Source of the DNA: Oscillospiraceae bacterium
GTDB taxonomy: Bacteria; Bacillota; Clostridia; Oscillospirales; CAG-272
DNA length: 64,000 nt
Direction of reading: 5' to 3'
Assembly: GCA_015064695.1 (NCBI GenBank)
Contig: SVRS01000003.1
Span: 15,025 to 79,024 of the forward strand
In this document: piece by piece, positions 52,158 through 61,364 of the stretch
How the letters are laid out: each line of letters begins with the position of its first letter
How positions within the stretch are numbered: position 1 is the stretch's first letter
Notes under the pieces: generated by a model
The model's database searches: none
What the model was told of the DNA's origin: nothing
What the model saw: the letters and a program-made list of their open reading frames with translations, nothing else
Translations under genes and position numbers: made by a program

Positions 52158-52931
52158 TTACTCCATTTCCAGAATGGCGCAAACGGCGTTGTGATCCGAG
52201 TAATACTTCCCCTCTACAGGGAGATCCTCTACCTTATAGCTCTTCATGCAGAGAGCATCCGAGAAGATGTAATCAATCTTGGGTTGCTTTTCAGCCGGAA
52301 TACGTCCAAAGCCATGAAAGGTTCCCTCCAGGGTGGCAGTACAATCCTTGCCGCCTCGGAACCCGAGAGACTCGGAAAGAAGCTTGATCTCGGGAGAATC
52401 CGGCGTAGCGTTGAGATCACCCGTCAGAACAAAATGCTCATTATGCAGAGACATATACTGGATCAACTGGACTGCCGCCAGGTAGCGAGCCATTTTTCCT
52501 TCATGATCAAAATGGGTATTGATGAAATAGAAGGGTTCCTTCACGCTGTCATGCTTGAGCTTGACAGCGGTAAACATACGTGGGCAACCGCTCTGGTCAC
52601 CGCCGTAGCGACTACCGGGAATCTGCGGAGTCAAAGAAAGCCAGATATTCTCCACAGACATGACCTCCACGAGATTCTTACGGTACGCGATGAGCATGGA
52701 TTCTCCGTGGCAATCCGTTTCGCGGCCACATCCCAAAACGGCGTAGTCGGGCAGACGGTCGCGAAGGGCGGCACGCATGGAATCCGTTACCTCCTGAAAG
52801 CCAACCACGTCGGGCTTCTCCTTTTCCAGAACATCCATTACGCGATCAAAACGATTGAAGAAATAATTGATTCCATCGCCTTTGGAATCAACGCGAAGAT
52901 TAAAGGACATTACTTTCAGATGGTTTGCCAT
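52158..52931 (-). CDS. endonuclease/exonuclease/phosphatase (EEP) family protein
   Basis: Trimmed to ATG 52931, 8 nt after GGGAGG. VMSFNLR, GFQEV, LTGDLN, SDHNAV motifs. Confidence 0.75.
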   Translation of the reverse strand: MANHLKVMSFNLRVDSKGDGINYFFNRFDRVMDVLEKEKPDVVGFQEVTDSMRAALRDRLPDYAVLGCGRETDCHGESMLIAYRKNLVEVMSVENIWLSLTPQIPGSRYGGDQSGCPRMFTAVKLKHDSVKEPFYFINTHFDHEGKMARYLAAVQLIQYMSLHNEHFVLTGDLNATPDSPEIKLLSESLGFRGGKDCTATLEGTFHGFGRIPAEKQPKIDYIFSDALCMKSYKVEDLPVEGKYYSDHNAVCAILEME

Positions 52932-52962
52932 GTTCTGCACCTCCCAAATTTATCTTTCTTTC

Positions 52963-52991
52963 ATTATAGCATTATTATCCAAAAAAGTCAA
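52963..52991 (-). promoter_or_regulatory. sigma-A type promoter of the EEP gene
   Basis: Minus strand TTGACT, 17 nt spacer, TATAAT (TGc extended). Confidence 0.5.
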
Positions 52992-53006
52992 GAGAAATTA
53001 TAGCGA

Positions 53007-53429
53007 TTACCACTCTATTTCCCATAGATCTGCCAAAGGGATCGTTCGCTGATCCGTCAGGATCAAGGATTTTCCAAAGGCATCTATTTCACGGATACGA
53101 CCGATAACCGTCACGTATGCGCCTCCGGCCTTATGGGCATCCGGTACGAAATACGTAATGCAAACGGAGACCGGGCGGTCGGAGGTCTCCAGCAGTAGGC
53201 GTAGCTTTTCGTCCAGCATTTGCTTCTTATCCTCCGACATTTCCAGTCGAGCCTCGGTGAGCCGTGCGGTTTCCTCCACAGCAGCCTCATACCCCGTCAG
53301 CGCAGCAAAGGGAGAAAACTGTGCCGCGCGGTCATGTAAGCTCATGCGAGGATGGTTGGGTGACTCACGGTGCGGCAGATGCAGGATATCGGCATATTCC
53401 ATCTCCGCCGATGTTTTCTTTGGATCCAT
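53007..53429 (-). CDS. YolD-like protein
   Basis: Trimmed to ATG 53429 after AAAGGAG. RMSLHDRAAQFSPFAALTGYEAAV block. Located directly downstream of a Y-family polymerase gene, as with B. subtilis yolD/yqzH. Confidence 0.6.
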   Translation of the reverse strand: MDPKKTSAEMEYADILHLPHRESPNHPRMSLHDRAAQFSPFAALTGYEAAVEETARLTEARLEMSEDKKQMLDEKLRLLLETSDRPVSVCITYFVPDAHKAGGAYVTVIGRIREIDAFGKSLILTDQRTIPLADLWEIEW

Positions 53430-53492
53430 GCTTTCTTCTCCTTTTCCGTTGATGCGTTGGGTTGATACACAGGGCATCCGTGCCGGGCAGAT

Positions 53493-55022
53493 CTATGCCT
53501 TGTGCCCTCCTATCTGACGGTTCCGATCCTTGGCGGTAGCCCCTTCCTCCAGGTTCATTCCCTTCATGATCGCATTCTTACCGTATTTCCGTTTGATATC
53601 GATCACCGCCTTCTGCATTCTGCGTTCCTTCTCCAAAGCGGCTTCCTCTTCCTGCCTCTCCCTTTCAACCGCATCGTAATCCACGAACATGGACAGCTGC
53701 TCGTTCACCGTTCCTTCCTTGGCGGCTTCGGCCTCCGTCAGCACACGAGCAGCCGTAATATTGATGCGGCGCACCGTCAATCGAGGATCCAGAATTCGAT
53801 CACAAAGACCTTCCACCGCCGCCACAATGCGTTTGGTAGAGGAGGTATATCTGCCCAGGTTCACAGTTCCGTGGGCGTGTTTGGGAATTTTACGTCCGTA
53901 AGGATCGGTCGTAACGGCTCCCCGGTAACTGCGGCTAATGGCAGGATCCGCAAGGTTCTCCACGTCGTATCCCACCGTCAGAACAATTTGATCGGTCATA
54001 ATACCTTGATCCACCAGATCCAGTGCCAAAAGATCCGCCATTTCCCGAACCACCAGCTTAGCCTTTTCAAAGCTGTACGGGTGCTGCAGAACCTGCCCCG
54101 AGCTGATGCTGTTGGTTTCGGGCTTATAAGCCTTAATATCCGCTATGGTACAGGGCTCCCACCCCCAAGCGTGGTCGATCAAAAGCTCTGCATTGATGCC
54201 GAACAGCTTATAGAGCAGCTCCTCGTTGTGGAAGGCGGGAGGAGTTCCCAAGGAACAACGGGCAATATCACCCATGGTATATAGTCCGTGTGCCTCCAGA
54301 GAGCGGGTATACCCACGGCCCACGCGCCAAAAGTCGGTCAGAGGACGGTGATCCCACAAAAGGCGGCGATAGGAGGCCTCGTCCAGCTCAGCGATCCGCA
54401 CACCGTCCTCATCAGCCTCTACGCGCTTAGCCACGATATCCATGGCCACCTTGGCCAAATAGAGATTGGTACCTATTCCCGCCGTTGCGGTAATTCCCGT
54501 CTGCTTCAGCACGTCCTTGATGATCCGTCGGGTAAATTCGTAGGCGGTCAAACCACTCTTTTTCAGGTAGGCGGTGGCATCCATGAACACCTCGTCGATG
54601 GAATACACGTGGATATCCTCCGGCGCTACGTGCCTCAGATAGATCTGATAGATGCGAGTACTGTACTCCATATACAACGCCATACGGGGCTGAGCAACAA
54701 TGTAATCAACCATCAGTGAGGGGTTTTCGGCCAACTCGGTCGCGTTGTAGGATTTTCCTGTTCGGGTCCCTCGGGCTGCTTGTTGCTTCCGCATGGCGTT
54801 GACCTCACCGATTCTTTGAACCACCTCAAACAAACGCGCGCGCCCGGATATACCGTAGTTCTTGAGCGCTGGAGACACGGCCAGGCAAATCGTTTTCTCC
54901 GTTCGCTCGTGATCCGCCACCACCAGATTGGTGACCATGGGATCCAGCCCCCGCTCCATGCATTCCACGGAGGCGTAGAAGGATTTGAGATCAATGGAAA
55001 TATAGGTTTTTAATTCAGACAT
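53493..55022 (-). CDS. Y-family (UmuC/DinB-like) translesion DNA polymerase
   Basis: Trimmed to ATG 55022 after GAAGGGAGAG. SIDLKSFYASVEC, YSIDEVFMD catalytic acidic motifs. Confidence 0.85.
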   Translation of the reverse strand: MSELKTYISIDLKSFYASVECMERGLDPMVTNLVVADHERTEKTICLAVSPALKNYGISGRARLFEVVQRIGEVNAMRKQQAARGTRTGKSYNATELAENPSLMVDYIVAQPRMALYMEYSTRIYQIYLRHVAPEDIHVYSIDEVFMDATAYLKKSGLTAYEFTRRIIKDVLKQTGITATAGIGTNLYLAKVAMDIVAKRVEADEDGVRIAELDEASYRRLLWDHRPLTDFWRVGRGYTRSLEAHGLYTMGDIARCSLGTPPAFHNEELLYKLFGINAELLIDHAWGWEPCTIADIKAYKPETNSISSGQVLQHPYSFEKAKLVVREMADLLALDLVDQGIMTDQIVLTVGYDVENLADPAISRSYRGAVTTDPYGRKIPKHAHGTVNLGRYTSSTKRIVAAVEGLCDRILDPRLTVRRINITAARVLTEAEAAKEGTVNEQLSMFVDYDAVERERQEEEAALEKERRMQKAVIDIKRKYGKNAIMKGMNLEEGATAKDRNRQIGGHKA

Positions 55023-55098
55023 AGTCTCTCCCTTCTTCGTTTCGTTTGCCGTTTGCATGGGTTATCCGCAGGGGGATTCGGAAATGATGGCTACCGCT

Positions 55099-56307
55099 TC
55101 AAAGCTCTGCCGTGTTTAGAATAAGCCGCTCCACGATATCCGTCACCCTTGCCAAGGATTCCACGGGAATATATTCAAAGCGGGAATGGAAATTTTCCCC
55201 GCCGGTACAGATATTGGGACAAGGCAATCCCATAAAGGAGAGTCGTGCGCCGTCGGTACCGCCTCGAATGGGAACGACAACCGGCTCTATTCCCGCCTGC
55301 TCCATGGCCAGCTTGGCTCTCTCCACCGTGTAGAGATGCTGATCGATGATCTCCTTCATGTTGTAGTAGGAGTCCTTGACCGACAAGTCCACAGTTCCCT
55401 CTCCGTAGCGGGCTTGGATCTCGGCGGCACAATCGGCCAAGGTAGCTTTGCGGGCCTCAAAGATCGCTCGGTCGTGATCACGAATAATATAGACCAGCTT
55501 GGCATATTCACAATCACCGTGAGATTCGATCAGATGGTAAAATCCTTCGTAGCCCTCGGTACACGCGGGAATCTCCTCTGCAGGGAGCAAGGCGTTGAAT
55601 TCCATAGCCATAAGCTGGGCGTTCTTCATCATATTCTTAGCGGCGCCCGGATGAATGGACACACCGTGAAATTCCACGCAAGCCGTTGCCGCGTTAAAGT
55701 TCTCATACTCCAATTCGCCCAGCGAACCGCCGTCTACTGTATAAGCATAGTCAGCACCGAATTTTTCAACGTCGAAATGATCCGCGCCCCGTCCGATCTC
55801 CTCGTCGGGAGTAAAGCAGATGCGGATCCTTCCGTGGGGGGCCTTGCTTTTCAGCACTCGCTCGGCGGCGGTAACAATGGCGCAGATACCCGCCTTATCG
55901 TCGGCACCCAGAAGAGTCGTACCGTCCGTCACGATCAGATTCTGTCCTAAATAGCGGCGCAAAGACGGGTATTCCTCCGCGCGCAGGTAAATCTGTTTTT
56001 CGGAATTCAAGCAGATATCCTCTCCCTCAAACATCACAACCGCGGTGCGAATGGGGGAATCGGATACGGCATCCGCCGTATCCACGTGGGCGATCAATCC
56101 CAGGACAACTTCTGTATCCGCCGTTGCGGGGATGGTAGCGTAAAGATATCCGTATTCGTCCAGCTCTACGTCGGAAAGTCCCAGGGCAATCAACTCCTCA
56201 GTCAGGTAGCGGCTGAAAACCAACTGCTTTTCCGTACTGGGCACGGTTTCGGACATCTCGTCGGACATGGTAGGATAGGACACGTAGGTAAGAAAACGAT
56301 TCAGCAT
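55099..56307 (-). CDS. pepT: peptidase T (tripeptide aminopeptidase, M20B)
   Basis: Trimmed to ATG 56307 after AAAGGAG. RFLTYVSYPTMSDE..PSTEKQ, IAHVDTA, GADDKAG, TPDEEIG. Confidence 0.9.
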   Translation of the reverse strand: MLNRFLTYVSYPTMSDEMSETVPSTEKQLVFSRYLTEELIALGLSDVELDEYGYLYATIPATADTEVVLGLIAHVDTADAVSDSPIRTAVVMFEGEDICLNSEKQIYLRAEEYPSLRRYLGQNLIVTDGTTLLGADDKAGICAIVTAAERVLKSKAPHGRIRICFTPDEEIGRGADHFDVEKFGADYAYTVDGGSLGELEYENFNAATACVEFHGVSIHPGAAKNMMKNAQLMAMEFNALLPAEEIPACTEGYEGFYHLIESHGDCEYAKLVYIIRDHDRAIFEARKATLADCAAEIQARYGEGTVDLSVKDSYYNMKEIIDQHLYTVERAKLAMEQAGIEPVVVPIRGGTDGARLSFMGLPCPNICTGGENFHSRFEYIPVESLARVTDIVERLILNTAEL

Positions 56308-56341
56308 AACAATCTCCTTTTCGTTCACGTTAAGGGAACCC

Positions 56342-57244
56342 CTAAATAATTCGCGAATCCAGCACCACGGCTCGGCCCAGAGGGGCAACCGTAGCATAGG
56401 CATCAAGCAAGTATCGGCGCTCCTCGTCGGTAGCTATGACAGACAAATCTACCCCTGTCCTCACGGTAGCATACAGACCGCTTAATGCCCCTGCCTCAAC
56501 CGGATCGTCGGGAAGCCATACGATAGAGGGTAGCACACCAGCCGTATTCAAGTAGGCCAACAAAGCCGTCACCGCTCCAGGCTCTCCTCCTCGAAGAAAT
56601 AATTCCCTACCCTTCGAATACTGCAAAACAGTCTGCCCCCAAACTCGCAGAGCCTGGGCAAAAATCAGATACTCCTCTTGAGAAGTAAGCACCTCGCCCT
56701 CGGAAATCTTGCGAACGGCTATGCCCGCGTGGTAGGGATCCGGGCGGACAAAGCCGTACCCTACAGGAACCGCCAGGTAGGCATCTCCGTCGGATGAAAG
56801 CAGAGCATCCGCCAGAAGGCTACTCCACGCCTGCAGATCCATTCCTTTCACTTCGGTGGGCGCGGGGAGTTGAATCAACTCGTTCCGATGCCGCACGACG
56901 GGATACGCCTCTTTACAGGCCTCACAAGCCGCAGGACAGGAGACGATCGAGCTGTCCCTTCCATACCAATACCTCTCGTTCCACGCCTTCCAGAGCGACT
57001 CAGCCGTATGGGGGCAAAGCACCGCCTCGCCGCCCAATTCCCGTTTCAAAACGGCCTCCGTCCTTTCCCGCATAGCATGTCCCTTGCACAAGGGCAGTGT
57101 CTGCGCCAACGCCAGAAATTTGTCGTAATCCGAGCCCCCCCCTGTGATGTATGCTTCATCTATACCGCAGGCGCGCAAAAGACGGAAAAGCTCGGGATCC
57201 TCTCCCAAGCCGCAAGCATGAGCCAAATTACGAAATGATTCCAT
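56342..57244 (-). CDS. hypothetical protein with a segment resembling uronate isomerase (UxaC) but lacking its N-terminal HxH metal site
   Basis: ACGIDEAYITGGGSDYDKFLALAQTLPLCKG...LKRELG parallels UxaC [27 protein letters not shown]...LKRYFGI (recalled from memory). Confidence 0.35.
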   Translation of the reverse strand: MESFRNLAHACGLGEDPELFRLLRACGIDEAYITGGGSDYDKFLALAQTLPLCKGHAMRERTEAVLKRELGGEAVLCPHTAESLWKAWNERYWYGRDSSIVSCPAACEACKEAYPVVRHRNELIQLPAPTEVKGMDLQAWSSLLADALLSSDGDAYLAVPVGYGFVRPDPYHAGIAVRKISEGEVLTSQEEYLIFAQALRVWGQTVLQYSKGRELFLRGGEPGAVTALLAYLNTAGVLPSIVWLPDDPVEAGALSGLYATVRTGVDLSVIATDEERRYLLDAYATVAPLGRAVVLDSRII

Positions 57245-57363
57245 GGATACTCCTTATCCGTATGTATATACGACCGTAAACCCTCTCCTCGGGAGTTTTA
57301 CGGAAATAAAATTCAAATGATACAGAAAAGGGCCGCTATTGCGACCCTTTTCATAGGATTCGA

Positions 57364-57705
57364 TCAATCGACCTTCTTGTACTCAACAAGGCCAATCACG
57401 ATGGAATCGTCCTTCTCACTGAAATCGAAGGTGCCGCTGTACTTCTCAGCGTCCTTATCGTCGCTTTCAAAGGTGAAAGTGATCTTGTCATCCTCGATCT
57501 TGTAAGTACCCTCGAGGGTAGCGGCGGTTGTACCAAGAGCCTTAACGGTGATGGTAACCTTGCTGCCCTTGAACTCGTAGGTTGCACCGGTACCCAGGAC
57601 CTCTGCAGAATACTTACCGGACAACTTCTTGCCGCAGGAAGCAAACACAAACAGAACCATGGTCAGCGCCATAACCAGAGCCAGAACACGAACAGTCTTT
57701 TTCAT
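57364..57705 (-). CDS. small lipoprotein (113 aa)
   Basis: Trimmed to ATG 57705 after AAAGGAG. Lipobox VFASC. Confidence 0.55.
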   Translation of the reverse strand: MKKTVRVLALVMALTMVLFVFASCGKKLSGKYSAEVLGTGATYEFKGSKVTITVKALGTTAATLEGTYKIEDDKITFTFESDDKDAEKYSGTFDFSEKDDSIVIGLVEYKKVD

Positions 57706-57750
57706 TTTCAAATTCTCCTTTCGTAGACTTACGGAAAACCGTGTATCCCT

Positions 57751-57779
57751 ATTATATCCCATTGAGGATTTTTTGTCAA
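57751..57779 (-). promoter_or_regulatory. sigma-A type promoter of the small lipoprotein gene
   Basis: Minus strand TTGACA, 17 nt spacer, TATAAT. Confidence 0.55.
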
Positions 57780-57824
57780 GTGTTTTTTTAAAAATTATCA
57801 CAAAATGAACAAATATAATTCAGA

Positions 57825-59483
57825 TCAAACGGTCTCTGTTCCCTTTCGCCGAGCAGTTACAACCCGTGATACAACGGTGTAACCCGTTGTCGCTCCGTAA
57901 GCCGCTATGCACAGATACGCAAAAATGTTGCCAATCACACTATATACAGTCACGCGGTCCGAAAGGTACACGGACTCCAGAACATAACCTGTTTTCAGCG
58001 CACCCAGGGATTCCAGCACCTCGCCCTCGGCATTAATGATGGAGGAAACGCCCGTATTGGCCGAGCGGATCACGTACCGTCCCGTCTCAATGGCACGCAG
58101 TTGGGATTGGGCATGATGCATCCACACGCCGCGAGAGTCTTGAAACCAGGAGTCATTGGTGGAGACCGCCAGGATCTGGGCGCCGTTATCCAAGCTGTCC
58201 ATGGCGTTGCGTTCGTAGATGGAGTCAAAGCAGATGAGAGGTCCGACCCGCCCTACGTCCAGTTCCATCACCACCGAATCCTCCCCGGCTGGAATATCCT
58301 CGTCCAACGTATTGATTTCAGCCAACGGCGGGATCAATGTCATGACCAGCTTGCGGAAGGGCACGAATTCCCCAAAGGGAACGGGGTTACGCTTGTTGTA
58401 GACCGTGCCGTGTACCGTTCCGTCGGGGAGGGCCGCCACGATGGAATTGTAATCGGCATTGCTTCCCTCCTCCACGCGGGTAAAGAGACCGCAGAGAATG
58501 GGAACACCGCATTCACGGGAAAGCTCGGTCACGTACTCGTAAATGGAGGTTGAGCGGTCGATATTGGCAGGAATACAGGTCTCCGGCCAAACGATGAGAT
58601 CCGCGCCTGCCTCCGCCGCTTCCCGGGACAGGTCTCCGTAGATCTCCATCACCTCGTTCATGGTACTGAAGCTCCAATAGTCCAAGGAGGATTTATTCCC
58701 CTGGATCGCGGCGGCCACAATAGGCTCGCCTTCATCCGAAAGGAGCGCCATGCGCAGAGCGCCGAAAAGGAAATTTCCCAAAAATAGCGTTGCCGCCAAG
58801 CCTCCGCAAAGCAACCTTTTGGAAGGATATAAGAGCAAGTGGGCCACGTATCCGTTCACCGCAACAATCAGGAACGTAATGAAATAGGAGCCGAAGATCG
58901 ACGCGGATTGCAGTACAGGAACCATTTCCGCCTGCCCCAAGGACAGCCTCGCCCACGGAACTCCCGACCACCCGCTATGAGCCTGCCACCATTCCAATGC
59001 CGTCCACAAGCACGCAAAAAGCAGAGGATGAAGGAGCTTGTGCCCGGAGATCCATTTCCCCCGCGCGGCCAGCCCCATCAAAGGAAACAGAAGAGCCGCG
59101 CCAAGAGCCTGGAACAGGGATAATCCCAGACAGGCCGCGCCCACCACCACCGCCGAGGCGGGGCGGGACATATCGGCAAAATCCAAGGGATACATATAAA
59201 GAAACCAATGGAAACAAATGATATAGAAGGGCCAGAAGAACAGCAATCCCAAACCGTAAAGACGGCGGTACCTCACCGTCGGATCTGCCGTCACCAAAAG
59301 GATCACGGGAAATGCCGGGATCAGCGCAACCCACTCCAGCAAACCGATTTGAGGAAAAATCACCGTAAAGCCCAACAAAACAGAGCCGGTCAGCAGAAGC
59401 AACCACCGCCGTTTGGATACAAGATCGCGCAGAAATCCCAGAGGTGAGGTCTGCCCCAGGGAGCCACCCAACAAATGACTCAT
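57825..59483 (-). CDS. lnt: apolipoprotein N-acyltransferase-like protein (polytopic N-domain plus CN-hydrolase domain)
   Basis: Trimmed to ATG 59483 (ATGA overlap with the upstream stop, GAGGGAGGGG RBS). Multiple TM helices. CN-hydrolase blocks AAIQGN, LIVWPET, LICFDSIY. Confidence 0.75.
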   Translation of the reverse strand: MSHLLGGSLGQTSPLGFLRDLVSKRRWLLLLTGSVLLGFTVIFPQIGLLEWVALIPAFPVILLVTADPTVRYRRLYGLGLLFFWPFYIICFHWFLYMYPLDFADMSRPASAVVVGAACLGLSLFQALGAALLFPLMGLAARGKWISGHKLLHPLLFACLWTALEWWQAHSGWSGVPWARLSLGQAEMVPVLQSASIFGSYFITFLIVAVNGYVAHLLLYPSKRLLCGGLAATLFLGNFLFGALRMALLSDEGEPIVAAAIQGNKSSLDYWSFSTMNEVMEIYGDLSREAAEAGADLIVWPETCIPANIDRSTSIYEYVTELSRECGVPILCGLFTRVEEGSNADYNSIVAALPDGTVHGTVYNKRNPVPFGEFVPFRKLVMTLIPPLAEINTLDEDIPAGEDSVVMELDVGRVGPLICFDSIYERNAMDSLDNGAQILAVSTNDSWFQDSRGVWMHHAQSQLRAIETGRYVIRSANTGVSSIINAEGEVLESLGALKTGYVLESVYLSDRVTVYSVIGNIFAYLCIAAYGATTGYTVVSRVVTARRKGTETV

Positions 59484-60520
59484 GCTTCCCCTCCCTCTTG
59501 AACGCCATGCAACGGGCGAGCATCCCATTTGGGAATCCCCTTATCCTTCAGATCAAATCCCTTAGTAAACCAAACGTCGGCGGGAGGAATAACAAACTCA
59601 CGCCCACGGAGAGTGGTAAGGGATCCCGCATCCTCGGGCAGGTCGAAGCGGAGGCGGTAGGAATAGAGGGCCTGATACTTGTAACCGGAGCGCTTGTCGT
59701 CGCGGTTGACGCCGTACTTACCGTCACCGACCAAAGGATGTCCGATGTGCGCCATATGGGCGCGGATCTGATGAGTACGTCCCGTGACCAGCTCAACCTC
59801 CAGCAGGGAGACAGTTTCACCTCCCTCGCGGCGAGAGTCCAGTACACGGTACTTGGTGATGATCTCCTTGGAGCCCGGGAACTCCTTGTCCCGCACCTCA
59901 ACAAGATTCTTGCCGCTATCCTTACGAAGATAGCCGTGCAGGGTTGCCTTCTCTCTCGCGGGACGGCCGTGGACAAGGCAGAGATAAAATTTGGAGAGTT
60001 GATCCTCGCGGATGGCCTCGTTCATATCCCGCAGGGCCTCAGCATTCTTGGCAGCGATGACCATACCGCCCGTATTGCGGTCGATCCGATTGCAAAGGGC
60101 GGGAGCAAAGGATTGCTCGGAGGCGGGGTCGTACTCCCCCTTTCCGCAGAGATAGGCCTGGATGTGCATGATGAGGGTATTCTCCCCCCCTTCAGCATCG
60201 TCATGGACCAGCACACCGGGACGCTTATTGAGGAGCATGATATTTTCGTCCTCGTAAACGATATCCAGCTTAGGCTTTATGGCCGTCAGAGCGCCCGTAT
60301 CCTTGGAGGCTGAGTCGAAAAACTCGTCCTTGATAAAGAGCTGGATTTCGTCTCCCTCCTTGAGTATCTGACTCTGCTCACAGCGAGCGCGGTTGACCTT
60401 GATCTTCTTGGTGCGGATGAACTTGTACATAAGGGACTGCGGAAGCCCCTTAACAGCCTTGGACAGAAATTTGTCAAGTCGCTGGCCCGCATCGTTTTTC
60501 TGAATCACTAAAATACGCAT
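59480..60520 (-). CDS. RluA family pseudouridine synthase (RluC/D-like)
   Basis: S4-like N-terminus (QRLDKFL..IRTKKIKVN). Catalytic NRIDRNTGGMVIAAK. HQIRAH. Confidence 0.85.
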   Translation of the reverse strand: MRILVIQKNDAGQRLDKFLSKAVKGLPQSLMYKFIRTKKIKVNRARCEQSQILKEGDEIQLFIKDEFFDSASKDTGALTAIKPKLDIVYEDENIMLLNKRPGVLVHDDAEGGENTLIMHIQAYLCGKGEYDPASEQSFAPALCNRIDRNTGGMVIAAKNAEALRDMNEAIREDQLSKFYLCLVHGRPAREKATLHGYLRKDSGKNLVEVRDKEFPGSKEIITKYRVLDSRREGGETVSLLEVELVTGRTHQIRAHMAHIGHPLVGDGKYGVNRDDKRSGYKYQALYSYRLRFDLPEDAGSLTTLRGREFVIPPADVWFTKGFDLKDKGIPKWDARPLHGVQEGGEA

Positions 60521-60566
60521 GGATATGAAAAAATTCCTTTCGGGCGAATCGATTTAGAGGGACCCT

Positions 60567-61196
60567 TTACAGAGTACCGAATATACGGTCACCCGCATCT
60601 CCCAGGCCGGGAACAATATAGGCGTGATCGTTAAGGCGCTCGTCAAGGGCGGCGGTGTAGATCTCCACATCAGGATGAGCCTCTTGCACGGCCTTCACTC
60701 CCTCGGGAGCTGCGACCAAGCACATGAAGCGAATATTGGTGCAGCCATGCTCCTTCAGCTTGGTCAAGGCATCCACGGCAGAGCCTCCGGTGGCCAGCAT
60801 GGGATCCACCAAGATGACCAAGCGCTTGTCCACGTCGTGAGGAAGCTTGCAGTAGTATTCCACGGGTTTGTGGGTCACGGGATCGCGGTAGAGGCCGATA
60901 TGCCCTACCTTGGCCACGGGAACAAGGCGCCGAAGCCCGTCCACCATACCGAGACCCGCGCGGAGGATGGGGACAATGGCCAGCTTACGTCCCGAGACCA
61001 CCTTGGCTCTCATTTCACAAAGAGGAGTCTCGATGGTGACCTCCTCCAGCGGTAGGTCGCGGGTCAGCTCGTATCCCATCAGCATGGCGATCTCATCCAA
61101 AAGCTCGCGAAAATCCTTGGATCCCGTCTTGCGATTCCGCATGATGGTCAGCTTGTGGGTCACAAGGGGGTGGTCAACGATGTGCAGGGTGCTCAT
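60567..61196 (-). CDS. upp: uracil phosphoribosyltransferase
   Basis: Trimmed to the second ATG (61196), 8-9 nt after AAGGAGG, giving 209 aa. [31 protein letters not shown]. Confidence 0.93.
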   Translation of the reverse strand: MSTLHIVDHPLVTHKLTIMRNRKTGSKDFRELLDEIAMLMGYELTRDLPLEEVTIETPLCEMRAKVVSGRKLAIVPILRAGLGMVDGLRRLVPVAKVGHIGLYRDPVTHKPVEYYCKLPHDVDKRLVILVDPMLATGGSAVDALTKLKEHGCTNIRFMCLVAAPEGVKAVQEAHPDVEIYTAALDERLNDHAYIVPGLGDAGDRIFGTL

Positions 61197-61224
61197 GGTC
61201 ATGTCCTCCTTACAGTTTTTCCTT

Positions 61225-61253
61225 ATTATACTCTTTTTTTGCCCATAATGCAA
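61225..61253 (-). promoter_or_regulatory. sigma-A type promoter of upp
   Basis: Minus strand TTGCAT, 17 nt spacer, TATAAT. Confidence 0.55.
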
Positions 61254-61304
61254 GCCCTGCAAGCAAATTATTTGCCGAAAAACAAAAACTTTACACTTTT
61301 GATA

Positions 61305-61333
61305 TTTACATTTTCTCTTAGTCGTGGTACAAT
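61305..61333 (+). promoter_or_regulatory. sigma-A type promoter of mtaB
   Basis: TTTACA, 17 nt spacer, TACAAT (TGg extended). Confidence 0.5.
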
Positions 61334-61364
61334 GATCATGAAGTATTATGCCCAAGGAGCCATT

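Noticed and set aside
61197-61364. PyrR-type attenuator in the upp leader
   Set aside because: The leader is only ~25 nt after the predicted -10, and no PyrR binding-loop motif or terminator is seen.
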